From NCBI GenBank assembly GCA_000934665.2, contig KZ538542.1, positions 1-64,000 on the forward strand: a stretch of DNA of 64,000 bases. Reading direction: 5' to 3'. The position numbers were made by a program, and so were the translations under genes. This stretch comes from Catajapyx aquilonaris (Eukaryota). Below are positions 1-12,354 of the stretch, in pieces (the stretch's first letter is position 1; each line of letters begins with the position of its first letter). The notes below the pieces were generated by a model. The model saw nothing but the letters and a program-made list of their open reading frames with translations, was not told the DNA's origin and ran no database searches.

Positions 1-23
1 GCAGCAGCAGCACATCAGTCAAC

Positions 24-39
24 GGTCCTTTTCAGGACC
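24..39 (+). terminator. Histone mRNA 3' stem-loop (copy 1)
   Basis: aac-GGTCCT-TTTC-AGGACC-a: 6-bp stem with a TTTC loop, matching the replication-dependent histone stem-loop consensus GGYYCTTTTCAGRRCC. Any CDS would lie upstream, outside the window. Confidence 0.8.
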
Positions 40-51
40 AGCATTAGAAAC

Positions 52-67
52 GGCCCTTTTCAGGGCC
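52..67 (+). terminator. Histone mRNA 3' stem-loop (copy 2)
   Basis: aaac-GGCCCT-TTTC-AGGGCC-aac, a second perfect consensus match 12 nt after the first. A purine-rich taaaggg at ~82-88 could be the downstream U7-binding element. Confidence 0.8.
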
Positions 68-2289
68 AACACGAGATTCCGTAAAGGGTCACCAAATAAC
101 CATTCTTATCAAAGCAATCACTCGCATACGTTTCGAAACTGACGTCACACTTATTGCCATCTTTCATCAAGGTATGGAAGTGACATACAGGCAGCTCACA
201 CGAACAGCTTCCGCTGTACAGATGTAAATCTGCCACTATAATGCCTGCACACTATCCCACTTGCTATCCCATGCTAGTACAAGAAGTCGGAATGAGTGAA
301 GAAGAGGGGTGAAAAACGCGGAGGGTGGGGCGGAAAATGACATATCTCTACATAGTTTGGAGCCGACAAGCCTTTCTGGTGACACTTGTGTCGCTTTGCG
401 TGCGCGGTACTACAAGCGGGGCCGCTTTAGCAACCACACAATGTCCGCTAGTGGCAGATCACAGCTGCCACTTCCACTGACATGGCGGGTTTGAGCGAGA
501 GAAAAATTACGTGATTTATATGGTGACACGAGGAATGACACACATGATAAATGACTGCCTCATATTCGTGCACATTTGCAGCGCCCTTTTCCTAAAATCG
601 ATGTCTTTGTTTACAGAAATGAACATTTCTCCTCTCCAATGATTACGCCTTCGATATACGTATGTGCATGGCATAGCAGAGATTGCTCAGTTCATTTTTA
701 TTGCGCTCTGTCTTAGACAAACAAAATAGGAGAGAAAGGAGTTTGAGAAAACTGAAAGAACTCCAAACATTTGAAAAGAATTTGCTGATCGGGGTCAAAT
801 ATCCTGACTTGAAGAAGACAACACCATCCAGACAAACGAAACAAGAAATACGGGAGACAACCCCCCCTTACTTTTGGTAAACTCTAGAGTCTAGACTATA
901 CAATTCTAAATTTAATATCAGGCATTAATTAAACAGACACTTACACAAAATATTTAAGGCTCGTAGCAGCCATCGTAACAATTAAATAAGAAAAATTCCA
1001 AAATTGCGCATTTCCGCAATACTGGAATAGATATTATGACAAACCTTAGTTTCACTTTTCACCTTAAAAATACAGTATTACAGGAACCAATTCCACTAAA
1101 GTTCTGTCGTAAACCGTTACGGTTTACAACAGAACACATCATTTTACCACTATCACTACATAACTGACAGGTTTTACGTACTGTACAGTAATTCCTTTTC
1201 AAAGCATATTTTGGAGGGTGGTCTAGATTAAATAAGTCGACTTGAACCAACCCCCTAGCTCGAATAAAGGTGCATTCACAAAGAGTAAAAAACTCACTAC
1301 ATAGCGCAATTGACAAAGGCCCGATCGCTAGTTTATAAGCCTAGCTGGGGGCCATTTCAAAAGGTGTTCAGTCGAGCACCAGAAGAGAGTAAGCTGGAAC
1401 AAACTCACAGCATGTCTTTTGGGCGGGCCGCAAACTGCTCAGTGCCGGTCAAAAAAGCCCCCCGCCTCTCCGCCCACTTTCCACTGGACATGGAGCAGTT
1501 AGGTAGTAATAGGGGTGGCTTTCCGCCAGGTCATTTCAGGCAATATGCAATGGAGACGAGTATGACAAACGAGGTGTGCCTTTGCATAAAAATCAGCGGG
1601 GCATCGAGGACAAGTTGGAACAAATGCTGCTAAATGGTATGATTATCCACACACTCATGCTAACTAGCAAATCCTCTTGGATCACTAGGCATATCAGTAT
1701 TATGCTTTTTAAATCCAATCGAGTTTCCTAAGTGACGACGAGATCAAAATTATATTTGAGGGTAAAACAGAAATGGTCAAAAGTCTGGGAACAGATTGAG
1801 TGATATCTGACACAGTGGGTTGTGTTTCAGACAAATACAGGAACGTTCCAGAAAATAATTTACTGCGTGCTGTTAGGCTTCCAGGCATATATTGTGGATA
1901 ATGATAACATAAGTTTGCAGGAAACTTTGACAGAGTTGCTTTACTTTGGCTTCTATTGTAATTACCAAAACCGTTCCCTTCTCAGAGATAGTAAAACCAG
2001 GACGTTTCGTTCGAAAATTGGCTTTGTTTAAATGCAAAAGGTAGACTATATGACAAAATGGCAATATAAGTTCTTTAGGATCGATTTCAGGATGACATGC
2101 TAAGGTTGTTCCTAATAATAGTGAGATGAAAAAGTGAAACTTCACAGTGTCGGATTGGTACTGTCCAGTTTGCCTATTGGAAAACAAAGCTTTACCGTTT
2201 AGATTGGTAATTTTAGCCTGTGTGAAAGACCCAGAATAACCCGCCGAAAGAGTGATGTTATGTATATTTTTTGTCCTTCGAAATCCACA

Positions 2290-2847
2290 CATTCCGGGGT
2301 TGCTTCCTCAATAATAGGCCACAGCCGATTCCTTCCTTTCCTATCCTTGTCCCGTCCATGAGGAGGTGCGATGTCGGTGGGGGATATCTGACCCGCACAT
2401 AGTGGGGGTGTCTTTCCGAAGCAGGTTGGCATAGTGGATAAGGCGTCCGACTGCTAATCGGGAGGTCCTGGGTTCGAATCCCGGGGCCGGAAACCTTGAC
2501 CGTGGTTTTCTGTGGTTTTCCACGGTCTTTCTAGGATAATTCCGGGGTCGCTTCCGTATAATAGGCCACAGCCGCTTCCTTCCTTCCCTATCCTTGGAGG
2601 TTGAATGGCAAATGCTGGGCCAACCTCCTTAAATATCAATTATAAAGTGGGGGTGTCTTGTAGCTTGGCCCCCGGGGGGGACTGCACACCACACTCAATT
2701 TGAGACATCGCACTTGCACCCGTATCCCCACTCACGAATCCTTATTCTGATCCCTGGACCGGAGAGAAAAAATGCGAAGAAATTTCGTAAGAAAAATTGT
2801 GGTATTCCACCGCCCCCCCTAAAAGGGCTCTGTTCCCTCTAATGGGG
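2290..2847 (+). mobile_element. 5'-truncated SINE interrupted by a second SINE
   Basis: Core (attccgggg...aggccacagccgattccttcc) at 2290-2350. The body resumes after 2659 with gacatcgcacttgcacc, as in the SINE at 52452, and ends in the CCCC...GGGG stem-loop at 2813-2847. Confidence 0.7.
2415..2645 (+). mobile_element. tRNA-derived SINE (family A) nested in a SINE
   Basis: A box tggcatagtgg, B box ggttcgaatcc and a core ggttttctgtggttt...aggccacagccgcttccttcc that resembles the central domain of insect Lm1-type SINEs. Flanked by the 14-bp TSD agtgggggtgtctt (2401-2414, 2646-2659). Confidence 0.85.
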
Positions 2848-3118
2848 AAAAGCTAAAAATATCACATTTAACGAGTTATATTCCATGCCTAAATTTACCA
2901 ATATTATCATGGTTACCTTAGTTCTTGCAACAGAATTTGCACCTTTCATTACAATGAAAATGTGTTGTTTTGAAACCATTTTTTACTATAGTGTGTAAAC
3001 ATTGAAATAAACTCGCTTATCTGAGCAAGTGCTCGACGTAGGCTTTGATGATACACCCATGCACAAGTCCAGCTTGTTGCCATCAGGCAGCCTAATTTCA
3101 TGGTGTCCAAGCAGAATA

Positions 3119-3505
3119 AATATTATTTATTTATTTATTTATTTTATTTATTTTATTTATTTTATTTAGTTTAGTTTACCCGTGATGCCCCTTACGGGTG
3201 CTATAGGGGGTGGCATACCACCATCAGTTTTCTGTATATATTTTCAGCTTCATTCTCCAGGGCAAGGAAACAGGGACAATGGGAAAGGATATGAATTTTT
3301 GGGGAGGGAACATGGGTGCAAGGTGCAATGTCGTAGCTGGGGTAATGTGCTGTTCCCCAGGAGGTTAGGTTGCCAGACACCTCCTTGGTGCAGGTCAGAG
3401 ACCCTCCTGACGCAGGTGAAAGGAAGTTCCCCAGGCGGGGATCGAACCTGGGGCCTTTCACTCAGCAAGCCGTGACGTTACCATCTCGCCCATCTACACC
3501 TCCCC
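3119..3505 (-). mobile_element. tRNA-derived SINE (family B) with (TAAA)n tail
   Basis: The reverse strand begins ggggaggtgtagatgggcgagatggt...ggttcgatcccc. Near-identical to the copies at 10248-10614 and 52452-52796. 3' stem-loop at 3177-3210. Confidence 0.85.
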
Positions 3506-3917
3506 AATAAAGATTTATTATTTCAATTAGAAGCCACCGGGAGCATGCTGTTTACTTTTCAGTGGCAACTAAACACATTTTGTTTCACAATAGATTTAAG
3601 ACTGAGAGGAAAGGTGTACATTCTCCACCACCCTGTAAATAGCAAGCCTATGATACATTACGTACTACAGAGTAGAGACCACATAGGATAATATATTATT
3701 ATTGTGTTCCTGAAGACAAATCAATTCGAGATAATTGCCGAGGTGTAACTAATCTTGATCCATTGGGTTGGTGAGCAGAAACATTTATGCTATAAACTGA
3801 GAGTAAAATAACTTGATTCTCAAAATCAAAATTATGCTTCATACACATTTACCCTTAGATAGTGAAATGGCCAGGGCAACTGACCACCAAGGCCTCATTT
3901 GAGACTTTTTCGAAGAG

Positions 3918-3998
3918 AAAAGTCTTATAGAACAGCTCTGTCTGTCTGTCTGTCTGTGGACAGGTATGAGACAGACAGAGCCGTGCTATAAGACTTTT
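3918..3998. repeat. Short foldback palindrome (MITE-like)
   Basis: aaaagtcttatag...ctctgtctgtct / agacagacagag...ctataagactttt. Confidence 0.6.
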
Positions 3999-4638
3999 TC
4001 CAATTTTCGGGTTCCGGGTTCACTCTATCCGCCCCTTCCCCCTGGCTGCTCCTCCCCTACAGCCCTCCCCCTGACCGCCCATTCTCCCCAGACCGTCCAT
4101 TTCCCCCAGATCATCCTTTCCCTCCTCCCAGTCCCGTGACTGACGTTAGAGACAATAGCAGTAAACATGAAAAAGTGTACTCTAATCACGCTCACGTGAT
4201 TTTCCAATCTTCTTTGCATTTAAAAGGCATTTAAAAGATTCCGATTTTCTCGGGAATTTTTCTAATTGTCAATCAAATATCCGGAACTATAGTATTTTTC
4301 GCTTATTTTAATCGCTGTTAGTGAAAGTGTAATAATAAAAAAACTAAGAAGCATCTGATAAAGTCAAGGGTGGGGGACGTGAGGAGACCTTTTCCCGGAT
4401 TATTACAATGTTGCCAAAATGGGCATTAGGACTGCTTTTTAAGGAATATGCAGCATGTTATTCTGGATTTTTTAACCACATAAAATTGGAGATATAATGT
4501 GACAGAGTGGAAAACGACATCTCTATAATGAAGTGTCGCATCAGATGGTATTATTTAAAAGGGATTATCGTAGAATGTAAGGCTAGAAATAAATAAAACC
4601 TCAACTGGATGGCGCTTGACCACCACCTCACTACTGAA

Positions 4639-5194
4639 AGGGACACTCCACTCAAAATACAAGTTGGGCTTTAAAATTCTGGCTAGAAATCCTGATTCCG
4701 AGGGTATCAGCAGTTTTTCTGAGAGACGAACGGTAAGGCCAGGACGAGAGGTCAGATTCATAAAATAATAGTCTCCCGCGCAGTGAGTGATGGCGACCAA
4801 ACCCCTCCAGCGGCCAGACGGCGAACCACACGGATGGACGGGACTGTTCGGGACCGAATATCATGGAAAAAAGAGAGTGCACGATCTGATACGGATGCTA
4901 ACGAGGCAGTCAGAAACCCCAACGGTGCGGAGAAGGCATCACTTAGCTCGGACGGGGGAAAAGCACATTAAGCACCTTTAATTCGCGCCATCCCCTGGTC
5001 CAGTTCCGCCCGGTTCCGCTGCTCTGGTGGCGTCGCCACCTGCGCTGTGCCGCGCGCTGTTTTCGAATGACACACTTCAAGCTTTTTACCCTGGCCTTAC
5101 CTTTCGTCTCTCAGAAAAACTGCTTATACCCTCGGAATCAGGATTTATTGCCCGATTTTTAGAACCTAACTTGTATTTTGAGTGGAGTGTCCCT
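4639..5194. mobile_element. MITE with ~105-bp TIRs, Kolobok-like (AGGG...CCCT, TTAA site)
   Basis: agggacactccactcaaaatacaagtt...gtaaggccagg (4639-4743) is the inverse of cctggccttac...gagtggagtgtccct (5090-5194). Right flank is TTAA, left flank is tgaa. Confidence 0.75.
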
Positions 5195-8100
5195 TTAAGG
5201 GAATTTTTCCACCGCACTACCTAAGGGTTAATTAGAGAAAATATTATACGAACGGCTTCCATGTATTTGTGCCCAGAATATTGCATTAGTCAAAATATCG
5301 GGAATGATCACTCTTCAAGTAATGCAATGTTTTCGTTTATTTTGGCTGACCAACCCAAGGTAGCCTGGCACCAATTCCAACAAGCCCACTTTGCCCCTCC
5401 TTCGCATTTCCTGTACCCCACACTCAAACCTGAAAAAAGAGTGTGAAGAGCAGAGGGGAGGACTGAAAAAACATCCTCGAGGGGTCTGCAACACTCCACT
5501 TGGTTCACCTTCTTTTTTTCCCTTTCGCTGCTTCCTTATTGACATAGGGTGAGAGAGTTCACACTGTCCCATCTCCCCACGGAAATGGAAGAAGTCTCTT
5601 GACCAATTCAATTTTAACCTAGGTGTGTAGCATGCTCCCTCTCTTCATTTCACCCACCCACACCCACACACACACCCACCCACCCACCCAAATACTCCAG
5701 GCTACATTACAACAACAGTATAATTATCCAACCAGCACCCTCCCAGCTCAACGTACGAGGTATCGCTGCTCGAGGGAGCGGAACATGTCTAATGAATCCG
5801 GGCTAATTAGCCCCCGTTATCTCCTCCTTGTCCAAATTGCGGACAATTCCGGATTTCCGAAACACCGGAATTTTCGCATCCTAAAGCACTGTTTGAATTA
5901 ACCAATATTCCCACTTGGCCAGATTGAGTTGAACACTACTAAGCTGTTCTTCAATCATTATTCATATCAAGAGTAGGCCTACTTTATACTCGACTGTAGT
6001 TCAGTACCTCCATTTTGATTGGTTTGTTTTTTTTTCTGGGACAGCACAGGCAGATAAAGCATGAAGAGTAGTACAACCTGAGGTGGAATCCATGAATATT
6101 TGTGCCCTTGTCTCCGTCAACCCACATTCCTCCCCATACATAACTACTACTCCCCGCCGTGCCGCGCGCCGGTCTGACACAGACGCCGATTTTTGTCACC
6201 AAGTAGGCCACCTAAGTTACGTGCAAAAGGGTCAAACGATTCCAACTTCAAGTTTAAGTAGATGTCGCCTTATCAGAGTGAATGTGCCATCAGTGTTGCG
6301 ATTTGTGAACAACCAAAATCACTGACGTATGTCACTATTAGGACTACCTCTATAGAAATTACTAGAAAATGATGTCATTTCAAGAGTTGTATACTGTATA
6401 TATCCTACGGCAATCTCATTCTTTCTTTGCAAAACGCTGCAATTTTCCTCCGAATGTTATATAATTATGTCTTATACGCAGTAGAGTACTTCAGTCGGTC
6501 GTGCCTCAGGCACTATGAAAATGTTTCCACTGCATTTATAGCTAGTGTTCAATCTCCACTTGCTAATCACACTCTATTGTAGCAACTTCTTTTCCTCGTG
6601 TTCTTCCAATTATCAAATAATTCTTTTTCGTGGATTTTGTGAGTTCACGCCCGCCAAGGTAATCACTCCTGACCCCAACAAGTCACCTCAGAATCGTGGT
6701 CAATAATACACGGGTTGATAAAAACCTGATTATTAGAACCAGTCTCTACCGAGGCTCTCTCACGACTAAATCACAATTCATAAAGTGATAAACCCTCCTT
6801 CCAGGTCACCATTCGACCCCCCCCCCCCTGCCCCCGTATCCCGCCATATCTTAACTTTAGCAAAACCACCAAGTCGCACAACCACCTCCACCTACTGGAT
6901 GCGGGGATGTCACAATTTGAAGGTTGAAAGTTCAGTGTACGTAGCAACGTACGATTAACTTAACATGCACTGTCATGTAACTTAAATAACAATGCGATTT
7001 TTTATTCTCTTTTCAATTTTATACAATACGCCACAATAACTTACATAAACCGTATATCCCTAAAAATGCACCTTTGAGCTTTTTGTGTAAGACATGTCAG
7101 GCTGCATGAAGGCATGTAACAGTGGAGGACAGTAACATGGGGAGTGTAGTACCCAATCAATCCGGTACATCACGCTCTCAAATACATAAATAAAGGGGTT
7201 TTTGGTCTATGCACGCTAAGAACTACATATCGATTTGTTTGCGATCAATAACGACACGTTTTTGAACAGTGAAAAGATTGGTTATTTGGTTTAACTTGAT
7301 CCTAAAGGTGCCACGAACTCATAGCCAACGATATGACATTTTGCTGGGGTCGGCTGTAAGATAATATCAAAATCAGCGTCCTTGTAATGCGAATCGGATT
7401 GCAGACATCAAAAGAGAGAAACATTGAGTATTCTCGCCCCGTTTAGCACCGGACAGTATGCTGGCTATAGGCTAGATGCAATCTGCTGGACCATACAACT
7501 AGCATTGCTTAGGCATGTGCTAGACAAGGCTGCTTGTGTGTAACCTACACCGAATGACTAGCTGTATATAGAAAGTCCCCATTGTGCAAAGCAGAGTTTT
7601 TTGTCACCAAGGCACATTGGGAAACAAATTGTGAATCTCCCCGGTTCCTACTTGTAGGTATAAATATCTGGAGTCTCCCCGTCTGCGAGCCGCTCTTTCA
7701 AGTCTTAAACGCCGGCACAGCCCAGATTATTCCAGGCGGACATAAATCTCTCCCCAGTAGACTTGTCTCAGCCAAGAGTGGGACTCGAAAAGCCCCCATA
7801 GAAAGAGACGCACTTGTCACTAAACAGCCACGTTTCAAATCCACATTTTATCCCGGAATAAAAACCCGCCAGCTCAATCCCACATTATTTTTGTTGCTTT
7901 ACTAGATAATTATATTATTCCACTGAAATATGATCGTATATAGAGTCATTTTAACTTGATAAAGAGAGGATCAGCCGATGCACCCAATTTATACCCAAAT
8001 CTGACATTTTCAGCGCAAAATCAAATTGGTTTAATATGAAATGAATGCTGCATATACGAATCGTAAGTAGCTGAAAAAATCGATTCCCACAAAAACGCCA

Positions 8101-10247
8101 CTTGGGCGTACTTTTGACTTTTTCCCGCAGTACGACCTGGATCAAGTGCATGGTGTGTATGATACGTTTGCATATTCTGCTACGCTGTATACACTGTAGA
8201 CATTTCCCAATAGACACTTGTTTTTCTAAACCTTTTGTAATACTGTATAATGGTCACTTTTTAATGTTTTACTCGATTTTAATTTCAATAATTTAAGCAT
8301 AGCAACATGGACAATAAATATGCATAACAGATGCATGATCTTTTCTGGACACACACTTTTTCTCCAGTATTAGTTCCCGCCGGTTACCGCTAACGGGCCC
8401 TGATGGCAGTCCCAAAATATGCCAACATACTGTTGTATAATTATATCATGTGGCAATAACTATTCACTCGATAAATATAAAACTTACATCACTTGACAGA
8501 AGAACGGCCCATACATAAGGAAGGTAAAACACAATTCGATTAGTTTGAAAAGAATTATTGTACTTAAAATGAGCACAGACATTAGGAATGAGCAAATGAG
8601 ACATTCTACACACGTGTAGGTGTGAATGCTACGTGTGCTCCAATTGGTAAAGGACGAGAGCAAAAAGTCAGAGACAGTGGTACATAAATCTGAATCGTGG
8701 GCGTTAGACCTAATCTGATTTGATTTTGATTCGGACTGTACCCAACGCAAAATAACTCATCACCCTTATCTGGCACAGCTTTCCAGGTACGTCACCGGCA
8801 TTGGGAAGTAGGTGGCTTTGATTTGCTCTAATGACGGGGAACATGGAAACGGGCTCTACGGCGATCACAGGCCTTCGATTGGCTCACTGCCGTTTTCCGT
8901 GATCAGGCAATGTTATTGGATATAGTTTGGGAGGGCACAAGTCCGAGCTAACCTGCAATCTCACACCCTAATTATTCCTTAGGCCTGTGTAATTATTCTT
9001 TGATTCGATGTTCTCTGAGACCAGTAGCTGAAAATCGTCTCCCAAGCCAAGAAAAATTTGCAATATTTTTAGGTGGAGATTTCTTGGGCACATGATTGTA
9101 GGTACTGTAGGGTGACGAAGGTCAGAACTGCAGTAATTATACCACATACAGAACATTCCTTTACACCGGTTTTAAGCAACAAAGTAATACGAAGTTCTGC
9201 CCTCTACAGTATACCTATTAGGTATCCATAGAAAGTGACTGGCCTTGATTTATGTCAATCCTTTCTCTAAGAAAACAATCAATAATTCAACAAAATGAGC
9301 AAACCTTTGTGGAAAACGTGACACAGGAAAGGAGAAAAGGTTTTTAAATGAAATTACATGGCCCACTATAAAATTCCTTTAAGTAAAACGGTGATATAAA
9401 GTATGCGAGCACAATATGACGTCATAAAATTTTAACGTGACTGTTTGGAGGAAATATTTCTTATAGCTTTAGTTCGTATTAGTAGTTATTTAATAAGTGT
9501 AGTTGACTGCAAAAGTGCGGTTCCAATAATAAAAACATGCATAATTCACCAGTAGACCTACTGTTTTGAGAAATAACATTTGGACTGTAAGAGGGAATAA
9601 GTTACACCAACTTCGATGAATGTTGGTACCGTACTTCAATAGGAAGCCACTGTGCAGTATCGCTTTGCAACATCTGCGACCATATGCCCCACACCGTCTT
9701 AGCAGCCTCGGCTCTTCAATAAATCAAACTAAATTGCAAGCCGCTGTCCGAATCTTTTTGCTCGTGCATAGCACATGTGAACATCAAATTCATTGCAATT
9801 AAAATTGTTATAAAAATTATAACTACGACCCCTTAGGTAAATGTAACATTTGTACAGTATACATTTGTAACAGTTGCTTACAATATTAGTGTCCCCACAT
9901 GATTATGGTAGGAAGGGAACTGTTTCCCGGTTCCACCAACCTCGCTCTCAGTCGGTTAATTTGTTTGTTACTCGTGGTTTAACTCCTCAGTTAGATAAAA
10001 TGCGTGCCACCAACTTGGGGTAATTCCATTTGCACCTATGGAAACAGTCTCTAGAAATTCAAGGGGAACGTCTTTGAACATAATCAATACGGTACAGATC
10101 ACTTGTTTCACCACCTGCAGAACCAGTAGCGTGACCAAATGACGACATAGCTGTACAAAATCTAGTAGGCCAACTACGGTATAGTTTGAATAAAGTTTAG
10201 ATCACCTTGGGGTTTCTGGGTGATGATAGCTGTAGCCCAGATATATA

Positions 10248-10614
10248 TATATATATATATATATTTTATTTTTTTTACGTTACCCCGTGCTAGGGCCATG
10301 GGCCCTTATAGGGGGGAGGAATACCACCATTTTACCTTCAATTTTCTAATTTTTCTTCTTACTCCGGTGCAAGGATGAAAGGACATGAGGTAAGGATAAA
10401 GGGATTTTTGGGGAGGGAACATAGGTGCAAGTGCAATGTCTCACAAATGGGTCATGTGCTGTTCCCCAGAAAGTTAGGTTGCCAGACACCTCCTTGGTGC
10501 AGGTCAGAGACCCTCCTGACGCAGGTGAAAGGAAAGTTCCCCAGGCGGGGATCGAACCTGGGGCCTTTCACTCAGCAAGCCGAGACGTTACCATCACGGC
10601 CACCACACCTCCCC
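10248..10614 (-). mobile_element. tRNA-derived SINE (family B)
   Basis: Same head and body as 3119-3505. The TSD tgtagcccagatatata starts at 10231 and at 10615. Confidence 0.9.
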
Positions 10615-10919
10615 TGTAGCCCAGATATATAATAATAATTAAGTGGCTATGTTCAATTTTGTGGGGAATTATTTATAAAATGTTTAGATCCAAACTGTAT
10701 TATATTTGGAAATCATGCCCCAATGCATGAAGAATAATTAGAGAAGGTGTTAAAACTTCCGTGGGAACTCCTTGAAGCCAGCCAGGTTTATCAGAATGTA
10801 TTCTTACCCTAATATTAATAGTTTTAAAAAAATAATTGGGTGTAGTGTCATACCTCATCAGAGGTTTGGGCACGGACCTTTATTTTTGCCAAGATGGATT
10901 CGTTTTGGACAACGAAGAA

Positions 10920-11168
10920 GGGCCCTTGGTCCAAGGGCAGGGTGACTGGGAGGGGATGTGCAATGTGCAAGTGCAATGTCAGTGCTGTGGACATTTTGTG
11001 AGCTCCCCCGGGTGGTTCGTCTATCAGAAATCCCACCTTAGATGAAGCCGGAGATGCCACAGAACTCCGCACGAGATGAAAGGGGGGGAATGCCCGGGCT
11101 TGGTATCGAACCCGGGACCCTTCCATCCGTGGGCGCGTGTGTTACCGCAGCGCCACTTCGCCTTCCCC
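10920..11168 (-). mobile_element. tRNA-derived SINE (different head, body shared with family B)
   Basis: Reverse strand ggggaaggcgaagtggcgctgcggt...gggttcgatacc. The body contains gtgcaagtgcaatgtc, shared with family B. Confidence 0.65.
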
Positions 11169-11988
11169 TTTCTTAGCCAAATATTAGTCTACCGAAAACA
11201 CTCGTTATTACATATTATACGTCCTGCGAGTGCCATCTGTGCCACACACCTCCTTTGTAGCAAAGGAAGAATCGGGAAGAATGTATCACATGATTTAGGC
11301 TTATAGCCTACCAAAGAACCAGTGCAGAGACAGAAATAATACTTTCCCGATAGTAGGCTACACATCTGGAAAAACCTAGGCGCACTTAGGTAGTGAATAA
11401 TTTATAAATGGCTGAATTTAGCTTCTCCTGCACTTCCGTGTGACCTAATAGGTTCCTGTTGTAAGTACAGGGAAGTGTATTTCCTTTTTCATACAAATTT
11501 GCTCCAATTTCTGCATTCCAGCAGCATATGGCTATACTTGGCACCTATATCCCTTTCAACCAACCCAGTAGTGTAACGCTCAAGAAGCAGCAGCACTGCA
11601 TGCCCAGTTATTAGACTTGGTTAAAATGACACCGTAAATATTGCGCTTATCGCCATTGGGGAAACCGCACAGAAACAAAAGTTCAGTCATGCAAAGGGCA
11701 ATATAAGCTTTGCAGCATGGTTCATTCAGTTTATTACATACCTAGTGCAAGCGAGGGAGACCAATATCCAAAGTGCAAGCAGACGAAATCATGGTTATAC
11801 ATTCCTCTGATCTGATCACCGAATATTAAACTGCTGGGATCCTACCAGACAATGCAATGGCAGAAATTCATTCCCTGGGTCAACTTCATACTTGAAAAAT
11901 GTAGCTCTGCGGTTTCCATTGGATTGTCCGCATATTCCAATAATACTCATATAATATAATATAATAACTCATAATAATATACTGGGTA

Positions 11989-12354
11989 CAGTAAAACCCC
12001 GATATAATGCTCCCGCATGTACAGCTTTCCCGCTTTTAACGCATTTCCCCCCGGTCCCTTGATCATTTCCATCAGCCCCCGTACACTTATACTGCATTCT
12101 GATCTTATCGCCTGCAGGGGGTGATCACCTGAGAGCTCCATGAGACATTCCAGTCCTCTGAAATGTCACATGGCGCTCTCAGGTGAGGAACCCCTGCAAA
12201 ACGCCCCGGCAGAGGGTGGGTGAGAGTGACCAGACCTGAGTATTCTAAGATCATGATTTCCATAAGGTAAATATTTTTCCACGTACAACGCTATCCCGCT
12301 TATAACGCTTCTTTTGGCCGGTCTCTTGAAGAGCATTATATCGAGGTTTTACTG
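11989..12354. mobile_element. Tc1/mariner-pogo (Tigger-like) MITE
   Basis: TA-flanked 24-bp TIR cagtaaaacc(c/t)cgatataatgctc. Carries the 12073-12255 insertion. Confidence 0.85.
12073..12255 (+). mobile_element. Palindrome-core element, centre-deleted copy
   Basis: Same unique left end (cagccccc..acacttatact) and right end (ggcag.gggtgggtg.gagtgaccagacctgagt) as 13900 and 54288. 8-bp TSD atttccat (12065-12072, 12256-12263). Confidence 0.8.

Noticed and set aside
2417..2490. tRNA-Ser(GCT)-like gene (also at 15246)
   Set aside because: The anticodon and T arms are tRNA-like, but there is no pairing acceptor stem or long variable arm. It continues into a SINE core and is flanked by TSDs.
3182..3475. 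Repeated ORF (LFPRRLGCQTPPWCRSETLLTQVKG) at three loci
   Set aside because: It is the antisense translation of SINE family B copies, not a gene family.
5308..5428. Possible second exon after a ttttttcag acceptor on the minus strand
   Set aside because: It is in frame for about 40 codons, then stops, with no clear donor or recognisable protein. Likely chance.
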